A stretch of DNA of 64,000 bases from Chloroflexota bacterium (GTDB lineage: Bacteria; Chloroflexota; Dehalococcoidia; JACQUO01), in contig JACQUO010000029.1 of NCBI GenBank assembly GCA_016210205.1, positions 11,197 to 75,196 on the forward strand. The letters are read 5' to 3'. The position numbers and the translations under genes are program-made. The notes under the pieces were generated by a model that saw only the letters and a program-made list of their open reading frames with translations, had not been told where the DNA came from and ran no database searches. This document shows positions 53,464 to 63,784 of this stretch, piece after piece; the first letter of the stretch is position 1; the number at the start of each line of letters is the position of its first letter.

Positions 53464-55188
53464 ATGAGCCGAAGAAACCTCATCATCCTGGCTGTTGTCC
53501 TAGCGCTCGTGGCCGCGGGGAGCTACTTCCTGTTCTTCCGGAGCCGGGGCCCCTCCCCTGCTGCCACCCAACGCCAGGCCGTGGCTGTGGAGCGCGGCAC
53601 CATCCTAGTGCCCGTCTCCGCCACCGGCAATGTCTTCTTTGACACCGACGCCAAGCTCACCTTCGAGAACTCTGGCACCGTTAAAGAGGTGAAAGTGGCG
53701 CTGGGAGAACAGGTGAAGAAAGGCCAAATCCTGGCCCGCCTGGACACCGAGACCCTGGAGCGGTCGCTGGCCCAGGCCAAAGCCGACCTGGAGATTGCGC
53801 AACTGAATTTGGAGGCCACCCTCAACCTCTACGACGACTCCGACCGGGCCACGGCCCAGGCCTCCCTGCTGGACGCCCAAAACGCCCTGAACACGGCGGC
53901 AAGGAACCTCTCCAACGCCCGCATCGATGCGGAGACCGCCCTTAGCACCGCCCAGACAAATTTAGAGAACGCCAAGCGAGACCTCATCATCGACCAGGCC
54001 ACCTACGACAGCGCCGCCCGCACGGCCCATGTGGCCCTTCTGGACGCCCAGGAGACCTATCGCCTGTACGTGATTAAATATTTAGCTGGCTTCACCCAGG
54101 CCGAGGATGAGCGCCAGCTAACCCTCCGGGACAACGCCCAGGACGCCTACAACAAAGCCGTCCAAAATCGGGATAAGGTGGTAGCCACCGACAAAAACAA
54201 CATCGCCACCGCCGAGGCCACGCTGAAGAAGGCGCAGCAGGATTTGGCTGAGCTTAAGGCCGAGATTTCCCTCCCCACCATAAACACCGGCCCTGGTTCC
54301 CTGGAGCAGACCGTCAAGGACTTGAACCAGATTAATACCGCCCTGGCCAGCTCCCCCCAAAAGCTCAGCCGTTACCAACTGGCGGAGTATGCTGCCAGGG
54401 CAGCCGTAGTCAAAGCCCGGGCCAACTTGGATGATGTTCTGGCCGGAGCCAAGCCTCGGGACATCGAGCTCAAGCGGCAGTCGCTGGCCAAGTCCCAGTT
54501 AGCCCTGGACACGGCGCGCTCCAACCTGGTCAAGGCCACCATCGTCGCCCCCTTCAATGGCATCATCTCCAGCGTGGCCGTAAAGGAGGGGGACACCGTC
54601 TCCGGCAACACCGTGGCCATCACCTTAGCCAATCCTGCCACCGCCAAGGTTCGGGCCACCCTGGACGAGCTGGATGTGGCCCGGGCGGCCCTCGGCCAGG
54701 AAGTGAGCATCGCCCTGGACGCCCTGCCCGGGGTCAACCTCAAGGGCAAAGTCTCCACACTGGCCCCCGTGGCCCAGGTCCAGTCTGGAGTGGTGACCTA
54801 TCAGGTGGATATTGAGCTGGCCTCCACCAATGCCAGCCTGAAGGGCGGCATGACCGCCCTGACCACCATCTATGTGGAGAAGAAGGAGAGCGTGCTCGTA
54901 GTGCCCAGCCGGGCCATCAAGCTCAGTGGGCGCAGCCGCTATGTAGAGATTCAGCTGTCCGACGGCGCCACCGAGCAGCGCACCATCACCGTAGGCGCCA
55001 ACGACGACCTGCGCACCGAAATCCTCTCCGGGCTCAAGGAGGGAGAGAGAATCCTGATGGATGTCCCGGCCGGGACTGGGACTGGGGCAAGGCCCTCCGG
55101 CGGGGCGACTCCCGGCGCGACGCCAGCCGGCGGGGCGCGGCCCCCCGGCGGAGCGCTCCCCGGCGGGGCCCAGCCTCCGGGGCGCTAA
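53464..55188 (+). CDS. Efflux periplasmic adaptor (HlyD/MacA-like membrane fusion protein) with a Gly/Pro/Ala-rich tail
   Basis: 574 aa. It has an N-terminal TM helix, long coiled-coil hairpins, beta-barrel and lipoyl-like motifs (...APFNGIISSVAVKEGDTV...), and a C-terminal tail GTGARPSGGATPGATPAGGARPPGG. Confidence 0.85.
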   Translation: MSRRNLIILAVVLALVAAGSYFLFFRSRGPSPAATQRQAVAVERGTILVPVSATGNVFFDTDAKLTFENSGTVKEVKVALGEQVKKGQILARLDTETLERSLAQAKADLEIAQLNLEATLNLYDDSDRATAQASLLDAQNALNTAARNLSNARIDAETALSTAQTNLENAKRDLIIDQATYDSAARTAHVALLDAQETYRLYVIKYLAGFTQAEDERQLTLRDNAQDAYNKAVQNRDKVVATDKNNIATAEATLKKAQQDLAELKAEISLPTINTGPGSLEQTVKDLNQINTALASSPQKLSRYQLAEYAARAAVVKARANLDDVLAGAKPRDIELKRQSLAKSQLALDTARSNLVKATIVAPFNGIISSVAVKEGDTVSGNTVAITLANPATAKVRATLDELDVARAALGQEVSIALDALPGVNLKGKVSTLAPVAQVQSGVVTYQVDIELASTNASLKGGMTALTTIYVEKKESVLVVPSRAIKLSGRSRYVEIQLSDGATEQRTITVGANDDLRTEILSGLKEGERILMDVPAGTGTGARPSGGATPGATPAGGARPPGGALPGGAQPPGR

Positions 55189-55191
55189 GCC

Positions 55192-55884
55192 ATGATCAAG
55201 CTGGAACAAGTCGTCAAGACCTATCAGATGGGCCAGGTGGAGGTCCATGCCCTCAGGGGGGTAGACCTCCACATCGAGACAGGCGAGATGGTGGCCATCG
55301 TGGGGCCCTCAGGCTCAGGTAAGTCCACCCTGATGAACATCCTGGGCTGCCTGGACATCCCCACCAACGGCAAGTATTACCTGGACGGCATCGACACGGG
55401 GAAGCTATCGGATAACCGGCTGGCAGAGATTCGCAACAAGAAAATCGGCTTCGTATTCCAGTCCTTCAACCTGCTGAGCCGGACCTCCGCGGTGGCCAAC
55501 GTGGAGCTGCCGCTGCTCTATAGCAACGGGGGCAACCGCCGCGCCCGCGCCCTGGCCTCCCTCGAGCGGGTGGGCCTGGCGGCCCGGGCCTACCACACGC
55601 CCAATGATCACTCCGGCGGCGAGCAGCAGCGAGTGGCCATCGCCCGCTCCCTGATAAACCACCCCTCCATCATCCTGGCCGACGAGCCTACCGGGAACCT
55701 GGACACCCGCACCAGTGTGGAGATTATGGCCCTCTTCCAGGAGCTCAACGGCAGAGATGGCATCACCATCGTCCTCATCACCCATGAGTCGGACATCGCC
55801 GCCCACTGCCGGCGCATCGTGCGCATGCTGGACGGGAAAATCAGCAGCGACGAACCCGTGGCCCAACCTCTCATCGCCGTATAG
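55192..55884 (+). CDS. MacB/LolD-type ABC transporter ATP-binding protein
   Basis: 230 aa: GPSGSGKST, signature region [14 protein letters not shown], Walker [12 protein letters not shown]. Confidence 0.92.
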   Translation: MIKLEQVVKTYQMGQVEVHALRGVDLHIETGEMVAIVGPSGSGKSTLMNILGCLDIPTNGKYYLDGIDTGKLSDNRLAEIRNKKIGFVFQSFNLLSRTSAVANVELPLLYSNGGNRRARALASLERVGLAARAYHTPNDHSGGEQQRVAIARSLINHPSIILADEPTGNLDTRTSVEIMALFQELNGRDGITIVLITHESDIAAHCRRIVRMLDGKISSDEPVAQPLIAV

Positions 55885-55887
55885 CGC

Positions 55888-57138
55888 ATGAACCCCCAGG
55901 AAAGCCTTCTAATAGCCCTGGGCGCCCTCATGTCCCACAAGCTCCGCTCCGGGCTGACCATGCTGGGCATGGTCATCGGCGTGGGGGCCGTTATCCTGCT
56001 CATGGCCATCGGCCAAGGGGTGCAGGCGGACATCACCAACCAGATAAGCAACTTGGGCTCGGACATCCTCTTCATCATGCCCGGCCGCACCCTCCAGGAG
56101 GGCTTCCGCGGGGCTCTGGGCAGCATCAACACCCTCACCTTCGAGGATGCCGAAGCCCTGGAGACCTCGGCCTCAACCCCGGCGGTGGCCGTGGCCATGC
56201 CCATCGTCTCCACCTTCGCCACGGTCTCGGCCCGGGGGGAGAACTACAACACCCAGGTCACGGGCAACACCTGGCGCTTCCTGGAGACCATGAAGATGAA
56301 CCTGGCCGCAGGCCGCTTCTTCACCGAGCAGGAGTACAACAGCCGCGAGTCCGTGGCGGTCCTGGGCCAGGACACCGCCAAAAACCTCTTCGGCGAGGCG
56401 GACCCCGTGGGGGACTTCGTCAAAATCAACGGCAGCCGCTTCCGGGTGGTCGGCCTCCTGGAGAAGCGGGGCAGCTCCTTCCTGGGCATCAGCCAGGACG
56501 ATGTGGTCATCGCCCCTGGCACCACGGTCTTCGCCAAGATACGGCCGCGTTACTCCTCCCGGGGGGGCCGGGTGGTCTCCCAAATCGCCCTCCGGGCCAC
56601 CAGCGAGGCAGAGGTGCCCACCGCCAAGGAGCAGACTACTGTGCTCCTGCGACGACTCCATCGCATCCCCTCCGACGGGAACGACGACTTCGTGGTCACC
56701 ACCCTGGAGCAGACCCTGAGTGTCATCACCAATGTCACCGGCATTCTCACCATCTTCCTGGCGGCCATCGCCGGCATCTCCCTGGTGGTGGGGGGCATCG
56801 GCATCATGAACATCATGATAGTCTCCGTCACCGAGCGCACCCGGGAGATAGGGCTGCGCAAAGCCCTGGGGGCCAAACGGCGGGACATCCTGGCCCAGTT
56901 CCTCCTGGAGGCGGTGACCCTAAGTGTCATCGGCGGGGCTGGGGGGGCCCTGTTGGGCTGGTTGCTGGCCCTGCTCATCGGCTCCGCAGCCAGCGGGTTC
57001 CTGCCGCCGCCCCTTCTCAGTGCCAACGTTGCGGCCCTGGCCATCTCGGTCTCGGTGGCCATCGGCCTCTTCTTCGGCATCTATCCCGCCTACCGGGCGG
57101 CTGGACTTCATCCCATTGAGGCCTTAAGATACGAGTAG
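55888..57138 (+). CDS. MacB-type ABC permease (FtsX-like, large periplasmic domain), paralog 1
   Basis: 416 aa with an N-terminal TM helix, a periplasmic MacB_PCD-like region and a C-terminal FtsX domain (GGIGIMNIMIVSVTERTREIGLRKALGAKRRDIL). Confidence 0.9.
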   Translation: MNPQESLLIALGALMSHKLRSGLTMLGMVIGVGAVILLMAIGQGVQADITNQISNLGSDILFIMPGRTLQEGFRGALGSINTLTFEDAEALETSASTPAVAVAMPIVSTFATVSARGENYNTQVTGNTWRFLETMKMNLAAGRFFTEQEYNSRESVAVLGQDTAKNLFGEADPVGDFVKINGSRFRVVGLLEKRGSSFLGISQDDVVIAPGTTVFAKIRPRYSSRGGRVVSQIALRATSEAEVPTAKEQTTVLLRRLHRIPSDGNDDFVVTTLEQTLSVITNVTGILTIFLAAIAGISLVVGGIGIMNIMIVSVTERTREIGLRKALGAKRRDILAQFLLEAVTLSVIGGAGGALLGWLLALLIGSAASGFLPPPLLSANVAALAISVSVAIGLFFGIYPAYRAAGLHPIEALRYE

Positions 57139-57151
57139 GAAAGGCGCAGAG

Positions 57152-58405
57152 GTGGCTGGGTTGAATCTCAGAGAAAGCATCCAGGTATCCCTCGGGGCCC
57201 TCGCGGCCCACAAGCTCCGCTCGGGCCTCACCATCCTGGGCATCGTCATCGGCATCAGCGCCGTCATCGCCCTTATGGCCCTGGGTCGCGGCGCCCAGTC
57301 CAGCATCACCGCCAACCTCCAGGGCATGGGGACGAGCGTGCTCTTTGTGCGCCCCGGAGCTCCGGTGCAGATGGGTGGGGTACGGATGCCCCAGGGCAGC
57401 GCCGCTACCCTTACCGTCGAGGACGCCCGGGCCATCGCCGAGCGCGTCCCCCAGGTGGTGACGGCGGCCCCCGAGTTCGGCCTGGTGGCCCAGGTAGTGG
57501 CGGGGGGCCAGAATGTCAACACTCGCATCATCGGGGCCACTCCCGACTATCAGACGGTGCGCAACTGGTATCCCGCCCAGGGGGAGTTCATCAGCACGGC
57601 CCAAGTGGACGGCCAGGCTATGGTGGCAGTCATAGGCTCCAATGTGGCCCTGAACCTCTTCGGCGAGGGCGACCCCCTAGGGGAGTCCATCCGCATCAAC
57701 ACCCGCACTTTCAAGGTCATCGGAGTCTTGCAAACCAAGGGCGGGGGCGGGTTCGCCCTCTTCGACGACCAGATTATTGTGCCCATCTCCCTCCAGTCCC
57801 GCCTCAACCCCCGGCGCACCGCCAGCGGGGCCAGCAATGTGTCCAACATCTCTGTCCAGGTGGACCGGGAGGAGAACCTGGAGACAGCCCGGGCGGAGAT
57901 TGAGGCGCTGCTGCGCCAGCGCCACCGCATCCAGGAGGGGCGGCCCGACGACTTTACCGTGAGCAGCCAGCAGGAGTTGACCCAGGCCTTCAGCCAGGTG
58001 GTGGGGGTTTTCACCCTCGTCCTGGGGGCCATCGCCAGCATCTCCCTGTTGGTGGGGGGCATTGGCATCATGAACATCATGATAGTCTCCGTCACGGAGC
58101 GCACCAGGGAGATAGGCTTGCGCAAGGCCCTGGGGGCCAAACGACGGGACATCCTGGTCCAGTTCATCATCGAATCGATTGCGCTCAGCTTTGCGGGGGG
58201 CGTTTTGGGATTCCTCCTGGGCTGGGCAGAGTCGCTGGTCCTCTCGGGCATCCGGGTGGGGGGCACCACCTTGCAGTCGGAGATTGCGCCGGACATCGTG
58301 GTCCTGGCCCTGGGGGTGTCGGCCGTCATTGGCGTCTTCTTTGGGATTTACCCCGCCTACCGGGCCTCTCAACTCCACCCCATCCAAGCCCTGCGCTGGG
58401 AGTAG
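57152..58405 (+). CDS. MacB-type ABC permease, paralog 2
   Basis: 417 aa with the same architecture. A stretch of about 126 bp is roughly 93 percent identical at nucleotide level to paralog 1. Confidence 0.9.
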   Translation: MAGLNLRESIQVSLGALAAHKLRSGLTILGIVIGISAVIALMALGRGAQSSITANLQGMGTSVLFVRPGAPVQMGGVRMPQGSAATLTVEDARAIAERVPQVVTAAPEFGLVAQVVAGGQNVNTRIIGATPDYQTVRNWYPAQGEFISTAQVDGQAMVAVIGSNVALNLFGEGDPLGESIRINTRTFKVIGVLQTKGGGGFALFDDQIIVPISLQSRLNPRRTASGASNVSNISVQVDREENLETARAEIEALLRQRHRIQEGRPDDFTVSSQQELTQAFSQVVGVFTLVLGAIASISLLVGGIGIMNIMIVSVTERTREIGLRKALGAKRRDILVQFIIESIALSFAGGVLGFLLGWAESLVLSGIRVGGTTLQSEIAPDIVVLALGVSAVIGVFFGIYPAYRASQLHPIQALRWE

Positions 58406-58412
58406 CAGACCT

Positions 58413-59243
58413 TTACTGCCGCAGGTTCCACGCCTCGCTGCGGTATTTAGCCTCCAGGCGGGCCGCCATAGCTCTCTCTGCCGCGGTTAGCTCTCCCGGC
58501 GCCAGCTCCACGCCCCAGGCCGCCTGGAACCCCGCCCGCAGGGCTTGGGCCGCCTCCGCCAGGCCCACCTCACGCCCCAAGAGCTCCTTCAGGGACGCCA
58601 CCCGCCCCCGCAAATAAGCGGCCACCCGCCCCCGCTCCATCCCAGAGGGCAGCTCCAGCAGCTCCAAGAGCGCGTCGGCGTCGAAGTCCAGGAGCAGGCT
58701 GCCGTGCTGGAGGAGCATGCCGCGGCGGCGGAGCTGGGCGGAGCCTACTACTTTCTTGCCTCCGGCCACCAGCTCGTAGTCCGAGGCCACCTCGAAGCAA
58801 GCCCCGGTCCAGGCCCCAGCTTTGCCCCGCCGCTCCGCCCGGGCCGCCACCCCCAGCCTCGCCAGGCCCAGGAGCAGCCCCTGGCTTATCTTGGCATAGG
58901 ACTCCTTAATCCCGCCCGAGACCAGGGGGTGGTCCGCGGGGGCCGTCAGGGCGTAGGTCAGCTCCCGATGGTGGAGCACGGCCCGGCCGCCAGTGGGCCG
59001 CCGCACCAGGTCCACGCCGCGCTGTCGGCAGGCCTCCAGATCCACATCGCCCCGGGCCGACTGGAAGTAGCCGAGGGACAGGCACGGCGGCTCCCAGCCG
59101 TAGGTGCGTAACGTAGGGACAGAAAGGCCCTGGGACTGAAGCTCCAGGAGGGCTTCGTCCAGGGCCATGTTGGCGGCGCCTGGGGCCGGGCTCATGGGGA
59201 GCCAGCGCCAGGGGCGGTGAGGGCTCGTGTCCCCTGCAGTCAA
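58413..59243 (-). CDS. Lipoate-protein ligase / octanoyltransferase family protein (BPL/LPL catalytic domain)
   Basis: 276 aa: ...NMALDEALL....PTLRTYGWEPPCLSLGYFQ...RRPTGGRAVLH..ELTY...GKKVVGSAQ. Confidence 0.85.
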   Translation of the reverse strand: MTAGDTSPHRPWRWLPMSPAPGAANMALDEALLELQSQGLSVPTLRTYGWEPPCLSLGYFQSARGDVDLEACRQRGVDLVRRPTGGRAVLHHRELTYALTAPADHPLVSGGIKESYAKISQGLLLGLARLGVAARAERRGKAGAWTGACFEVASDYELVAGGKKVVGSAQLRRRGMLLQHGSLLLDFDADALLELLELPSGMERGRVAAYLRGRVASLKELLGREVGLAEAAQALRAGFQAAWGVELAPGELTAAERAMAARLEAKYRSEAWNLRQ

Positions 59244-59256
59244 GGGCCTGCTGGCG

Positions 59257-59634
59257 CTACTTGGCGATGTAGCGCTCGAACTCCGCGGCGGACATGAGGC
59301 TGTTGAGCTCTGTCTTGTTGGCGAGGCGCACCTTGAGGAGCCATCCAGCGCCGTGGGGGTCCTTGTTCACGGTCTCGGGGGCGTTCATGGCCTCCTCGTT
59401 GACCTCCAGGACCTGGCCGCTCACGGGGCACATGACATCAGAGGTGGCCTTGTCCGACTCCACCGAGCCGCAGGGCTTGGACTGGACAACGGCGTCGCCC
59501 ACCGAGGCCAGCTCCACGAAGAGGACCGACCCCAACTCCTTCTGAGCGAAGTCGGTGATGCCGATAAGCCCCACCTCCCCCTCCACCCTGACCCAGGTGT
59601 GGCCCTTGGTGTACTTGTAGTCCTTGGGGTGCAA
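59257..59634 (-). CDS. gcvH: Glycine cleavage system H protein
   Basis: 125 aa from a TTG start (59632-59634) with an AGGAAGGGAG RBS. YTKGHTWV...GITDFAQKELG...VESDKATSDV (lipoyl-Lys). The 310-aa ORF-track version is an upstream out-of-context extension. Confidence 0.9.
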   Translation of the reverse strand: MHPKDYKYTKGHTWVRVEGEVGLIGITDFAQKELGSVLFVELASVGDAVVQSKPCGSVESDKATSDVMCPVSGQVLEVNEEAMNAPETVNKDPHGAGWLLKVRLANKTELNSLMSAAEFERYIAK

Positions 59635-59708
59635 GTTTACTCCCTTCCTGCGGCCCCGGCTTCCGTCCCTTGGGGCCGCCTGTGAAGCTATCCCTTCCAA
59701 TGGAAAGG

Positions 59709-60446
59709 TCAGGGCCCGAAGCCCAACCCTCTCTCCTTCAAGCTCACATAGCGCTGTCGCCCGATGACCAGGTGGTCCAGGACCTCGATGTCCAGGGCCT
59801 CCCCCGCTTTCTGGAGCTGGCGGGTCACCTCCACATCCTCGGCGCTGGGGGTGGGGTCGCCCGAAGGGTGGTTGTGCACCACCACGAGGGCGGGGCAGTT
59901 GGCCCGCACCGCCTCCCGGAAGACCTCGGCCACCCGGATGAGGGAGGTGTTGACGCTCCCCCGATACACCTGGGAGATGCCCATGACCTGGTTCTTGCTG
60001 TTGAGGTTCACCACCCGGAGCTCCTCCTGCTCCAGAAGCCCCATCTCCGCCAGGAGCAGGTTGGCCACATCCTCGGGGCTGGTCACCGTGGGCCGCGCTT
60101 CCGGCTGGGCGGCCAGGAGCCGTCTCCCCAGCTCCAGGGAGGCCTTGAGTTGGGCCACCTTGGCCCCGCCCAGGCCGCGCTCCTGGCACAGCTCCTCGAA
60201 GCTGGCCTGGGCCAGCCCCGGCAGCCCCTGGTAGCGCGCCAGGAGCCTGGCCCCCAAATCCAGGACGCTCTCCTCGGCGCTCCCCACCCGGAGCACGATG
60301 GCCAGAAGCTCGGCGGTGGAGAGGGCCGCGGCCCCCTTCTCCCGCAGGCGCTCCCGCGGCCGCTCCGGGGAGGGGAGGTCCCGCATCCGCGGGCGGTATT
60401 CCAGCCCCTTATCGATGGAGTCGTGGGAACTGCGCGAACTCCCCAT
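59709..60446 (-). CDS. radC: RadC-family JAB/MPN domain protein
   Basis: 245 aa: ...PRERL...[15 protein letters not shown]... and the JAMM motif [11 protein letters not shown]. The true start may be the Met at 60386 ([14 protein letters not shown]). Confidence 0.85.
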   Translation of the reverse strand: MGSSRSSHDSIDKGLEYRPRMRDLPSPERPRERLREKGAAALSTAELLAIVLRVGSAEESVLDLGARLLARYQGLPGLAQASFEELCQERGLGGAKVAQLKASLELGRRLLAAQPEARPTVTSPEDVANLLLAEMGLLEQEELRVVNLNSKNQVMGISQVYRGSVNTSLIRVAEVFREAVRANCPALVVVHNHPSGDPTPSAEDVEVTRQLQKAGEALDIEVLDHLVIGRQRYVSLKERGLGFGP

Positions 60447-60493
60447 GGCGCCTCCTGCCCCAGGCCGTCCCGCTGCCGGCGGGCTTAGGGGTG

Positions 60494-60883
60494 CTACTTC
60501 ACCTCCACCTCGGCGCCAACATCCTGGAGCTTCTTGGCGGCGGCGGCGGCATCAGCCTTGGAAAGCCCCTCTTTGACGGTGGCGGGGGCATTGGCGGCGC
60601 CCTCCACCAGGTCCTTGGCCTCCTTAAGGCCCAGGGTGGTCAACTCCCGCACCGCCTTGATGACATTGATTTTGTTAGGGCCGAAGGCCTTGAGGAGCAC
60701 CTTGAACTCCGTCTGCTCCTCTACCGCGGGGGCGGCGGCCCCAGCGGCCGCGACGGGGGCCGCGGCCACCGCCACGGGGGCGGCGGCGCTGACGCCGAAG
60801 GCCAACTCCAGGGCCTTCACCATCTCCGCCAACTCCAGCACCGTCATGCCCTTGATGGCATCAATGACCTCTTCCTTATTCAA
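60494..60883 (-). CDS. rplL: 50S ribosomal protein L7/L12
   Basis: 129 aa from a TTG start (60881-60883), 8 nt after GAAGGAGG: (M)[25 protein letters not shown]...[26 protein letters not shown]. The 170-aa ATG-started ORF would overlap rplJ and add a non-homologous extension. Confidence 0.9.
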   Translation of the reverse strand: MNKEEVIDAIKGMTVLELAEMVKALELAFGVSAAAPVAVAAAPVAAAGAAAPAVEEQTEFKVLLKAFGPNKINVIKAVRELTTLGLKEAKDLVEGAANAPATVKEGLSKADAAAAAKKLQDVGAEVEVK

Positions 60884-60944
60884 ACCCTTTGCCTCCTTCG
60901 CCTTGGGGTGTGCTTCCCTTGCTTCTTCGGAGGCGGTTTCAGCC

Positions 60945-61517
60945 TTAGCCGCTGCTCGCCGGCTGCGGGCTGGTTTCTCCTGCTCTACCATGGTCTCCTC
61001 CTTCAAGCTGCTTGACCCTCCCCTGGAGAACGGTCATCAGACCTCGTAAATTGCCATTAAGCACTATCAGCAGCGACGCTAGGGGGCCCTGCATCTGGCC
61101 CAGGAGCCGGGCGACGATGACCTCCCGCGACGGCAGGCTGGCCAGCTCCGCCACCAGCGCCCCATCCAGCAGCCGGTGGCCCAGGAGCCCGCCCCGGATG
61201 GTCATGGCGCTCCGGGCGACCCTGATATGCTCTTGAAGGCTTTGCGCCAGTTCCGGCCCGTCTCTCTTAGAGAAGGCGAAGGCCGTGGGGCCGCTCAAAA
61301 CGGGCACGAGCTCGGGCCTGCCTGCCTCCTGGGCGGCCCGGCGCGCCAGGGTGTTCTTCACCACCTGGAACCGCGCCTCCTGGGCCCGAAGCCGGCGGCG
61401 CAGCTGCTCCAGTTCGGCCATGCTCAAGCCCCGGTGGTCGGCGATGATGATGAGGGGGTGCTGCGCTATCAGCTCTTTGAGCTTGGTGACCGCCTCTATT
61501 TTCTTTGGGGTGGGCAT
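60945..61517 (-). CDS. rplJ: 50S ribosomal protein L10
   Basis: 190 aa: [44 protein letters not shown]... Confidence 0.92.
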   Translation of the reverse strand: MPTPKKIEAVTKLKELIAQHPLIIIADHRGLSMAELEQLRRRLRAQEARFQVVKNTLARRAAQEAGRPELVPVLSGPTAFAFSKRDGPELAQSLQEHIRVARSAMTIRGGLLGHRLLDGALVAELASLPSREVIVARLLGQMQGPLASLLIVLNGNLRGLMTVLQGRVKQLEGGDHGRAGETSPQPASSG

Positions 61518-61681
61518 ATTTTCTCCCTGCTGGGGGTCTGCCCCATAAACAAACCCTCATGCCGAGACATGAGGGCTCCGCCTGGGAAAGCCCAGGCTGT
61601 TGGCCCCGACCTCGGCAGGCTCTCGATTAAGCCCGTGGCGCCTGCTGTCTTCGGCTGGGTTGACTCTTCGGTTGTTAAGCC
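61518..61681 (-). promoter_or_regulatory. Possible structured rplJ (L10) leader
   Basis: A 164-nt GC-rich spacer between rplA and rplJ contains several hairpins (for example ccctcatgccgagacatgaggg and cctgggaaagcccagg). This position matches the known L10(L12)4 autoregulatory leader, but the structure was not verified. Confidence 0.3.
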
Positions 61682-62392
61682 TTAAGCGGCGCTCAGTGTC
61701 AGGGTGCTCCCCAAGTCCAGCTTGACCCCTGGCCCCATGGTAGTGCAGAGGACAGCGCTCTTGATGTACTGTCCCTTAGAGCCGCTGGGGCGAGCCTTGA
61801 CGATAGCATCGACGAAGGTGGTCAGGTTGTCCAGAAGCTGCTGCTCTTCGAAGCTGGCTTTCCCCAGGACGGCGTGGACGATAGCGGTGCGGTCCAGCTT
61901 GAACTCCACCCTCCCGCGCCGGGCCTCCTGGATGGCGCGGCCCAGGTCTGCCGCGGGGATGACGGTGCCCGACTTGGGGTTGGGCATGAGGCCCTTGCGG
62001 CCCAGGATGCGGCCCAAACGCCCCACCTTGCCCATCATGTCCGGGGTGGAGAGGGCCACATCGAACTCCAGCCACCCCTCTTCTATCTTCTTGATGAGGT
62101 CGTCGCCGCCGGCATATTCGGCCCCCGCCTCCCGGGCGGCCGCCGCGGCCTCGCCCTGGGCGAAGACCAGGATTCGCACCTTCTTCCCCAAGCCGTGGGG
62201 CAACACCACCACGCCCCGGAGTTGCTGGTCGGCGTTGCGGGGGTTTAGTCCCGTCCTCAGGTGCAACTCCACCGTCTCGTCAAAACGGGTGCGGCTCAGG
62301 GATTTAGCCAGCCTGATGCCTTCCAAAGGGGCATAGGAGGTCGTCCTGTCAACCTGCGCCACGATATCCCGGTATCTCTTTCCTCGCTGCAT
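61682..62392 (-). CDS. rplA: 50S ribosomal protein L1
   Basis: 236 aa: MQRGKRYRDIVAQVDRTTSYAPLEGIRLAKS...FDETVELHLRTGLNPRNADQQLRG. Confidence 0.95.
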   Translation of the reverse strand: MQRGKRYRDIVAQVDRTTSYAPLEGIRLAKSLSRTRFDETVELHLRTGLNPRNADQQLRGVVVLPHGLGKKVRILVFAQGEAAAAAREAGAEYAGGDDLIKKIEEGWLEFDVALSTPDMMGKVGRLGRILGRKGLMPNPKSGTVIPAADLGRAIQEARRGRVEFKLDRTAIVHAVLGKASFEEQQLLDNLTTFVDAIVKARPSGSKGQYIKSAVLCTTMGPGVKLDLGSTLTLSAA

Positions 62393-62437
62393 AGCTCTCT
62401 GCCTTCAGCCTCGCTTCAAAGCGCAAGGATACTAACA

Positions 62438-62866
62438 CTAGCCCTCGGAAATGTCAATTCCCATGCTCTTGGCCGTCCCCTCCACGATGCGGACGGCCCC
62501 ATCCAGGTCCAAAGCATTCAGGTCCTTTAGCTTGAGCTGGGCAATCTCCTTTATCTTGGACCGGGGCACGACGCCTATCTTCTCCCGGCGGGGAGAGCCG
62601 CTGCCCTTTTCCACCCCCAGGGCCCTCTTCAGCAAGTCTGCGGCGGGGGGGGTCTTGGTGATGAAGGAGAAGGAGCGGTCTTCATAGATGGTTATCTCCG
62701 CCGGGATGATGGCGCCCGACATGGAGCTGGTGCGCTCGTTGTACTCCTTGCAGAAGGCCATAATGTTGACCCCGTGCTGGCCCAGGGCCGGCCCAACCGG
62801 GGGTGCCGGGTTGGCCTTCCCCGCAGGAATCTGTAGCCTGATGACGGCTTTCACCCTTTTGGCCAT
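62438..62866 (-). CDS. rplK: 50S ribosomal protein L11
   Basis: 142 aa: [43 protein letters not shown]. Confidence 0.95.
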   Translation of the reverse strand: MAKRVKAVIRLQIPAGKANPAPPVGPALGQHGVNIMAFCKEYNERTSSMSGAIIPAEITIYEDRSFSFITKTPPAADLLKRALGVEKGSGSPRREKIGVVPRSKIKEIAQLKLKDLNALDLDGAVRIVEGTAKSMGIDISEG

Positions 62867-62917
62867 GGTCTACCCTTTCTCGTGGTTGCTCCCAGGGCTT
62901 TAGAAGCTGCCTTTGAT

Positions 62918-63784
62918 TCAGAAGTTGTTCCCACCAGCCATAACCCCAGCGCAGAAGGAAGCCACCGCTTGAGTCAGGCCTTGCGGGTTCTCCAGGGGCA
63001 CCAGATGCCCCGCCCCCGGGATGTCCGCCAGGCTGGCCCTGGGGATGGCATTGACCACCCTCAGAGCCTCCTCCTCCGACAGGGCCAAACTCTCGCTGCC
63101 CCGGACCACCAGGGTGGGGCACTCCACCCCAGCCAGATAAGGCCAAAGGGGCTCTACGCCCCAGCCGGCCTCCCGGGCCTGGTGGTAGAGGGCAGTGTCG
63201 TATTTGGACGCCAGCCGCCCGCTGCCGCTGGGCCGCCCTCCCCAGTGGGCCAGATGGCGGGCCACCGGCTCCGACAAGGCGGGGAAGAGGCGACGGGCTC
63301 GGGCCACCACCTCCTCCAGGCTTTCCACTTCCCTGGTGAAGGCCTCCATGGTCTCCTTCACCATCCGGGACCCCGGCTCATTGCTCTGGGGCCGGCAATC
63401 CACCAGGACCAGGGCCCGCACGCGCTGGGGGAAGCAGGCGGCAAGCATAGCGGCGTGGCGTCCCCCCATGGAGTGGCCCACCATCACCGCTGGCGGGAGC
63501 TCCAGGGCCTCCATAAACCCCAAGATGTCCACCAGGTGCTCCTCAGCCCCGTAGGCCCCACGGGCATGCCATTGGCTGTCGCCGTGGCCGCGCTGGTCAA
63601 GGGCCAGCACCCTGAAGTCCTGGATGAAGTTCGGGGCGAAAAAATCCCACACATGGGCGTGGCCAGCGAAGCCGTGGAGCAGCACCATGGGACTGGAGGC
63701 AGGCCCACCCCAGTCCAGGTAATGCAAGTTCAGCTGCCGTATTTCAAGATAAACGCTCTTAGGCGTCACTGTCAGGGCTGCCAT
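62918..63784 (-). CDS. Alpha/beta-fold hydrolase
   Basis: 288 aa with the oxyanion HG motif (LLHGFAGHAHVW), the nucleophile elbow GHSMGG and a C-terminal His (PGAGHLV). Confidence 0.85.
   Translation of the reverse strand: MAALTVTPKSVYLEIRQLNLHYLDWGGPASSPMVLLHGFAGHAHVWDFFAPNFIQDFRVLALDQRGHGDSQWHARGAYGAEEHLVDILGFMEALELPPAVMVGHSMGGRHAAMLAACFPQRVRALVLVDCRPQSNEPGSRMVKETMEAFTREVESLEEVVARARRLFPALSEPVARHLAHWGGRPSGSGRLASKYDTALYHQAREAGWGVEPLWPYLAGVECPTLVVRGSESLALSEEEALRVVNAIPRASLADIPGAGHLVPLENPQGLTQAVASFCAGVMAGGNNF

Noticed and set aside
56777-58165. The near-identical 126-bp patch in the two MacB permeases acting as a diversity-generating retroelement template/variable repeat pair.
   Set aside because: The mismatches are not adenine-specific. 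No reverse transcriptase or accessory gene is nearby. The patch encodes the most conserved FtsX-domain helix.
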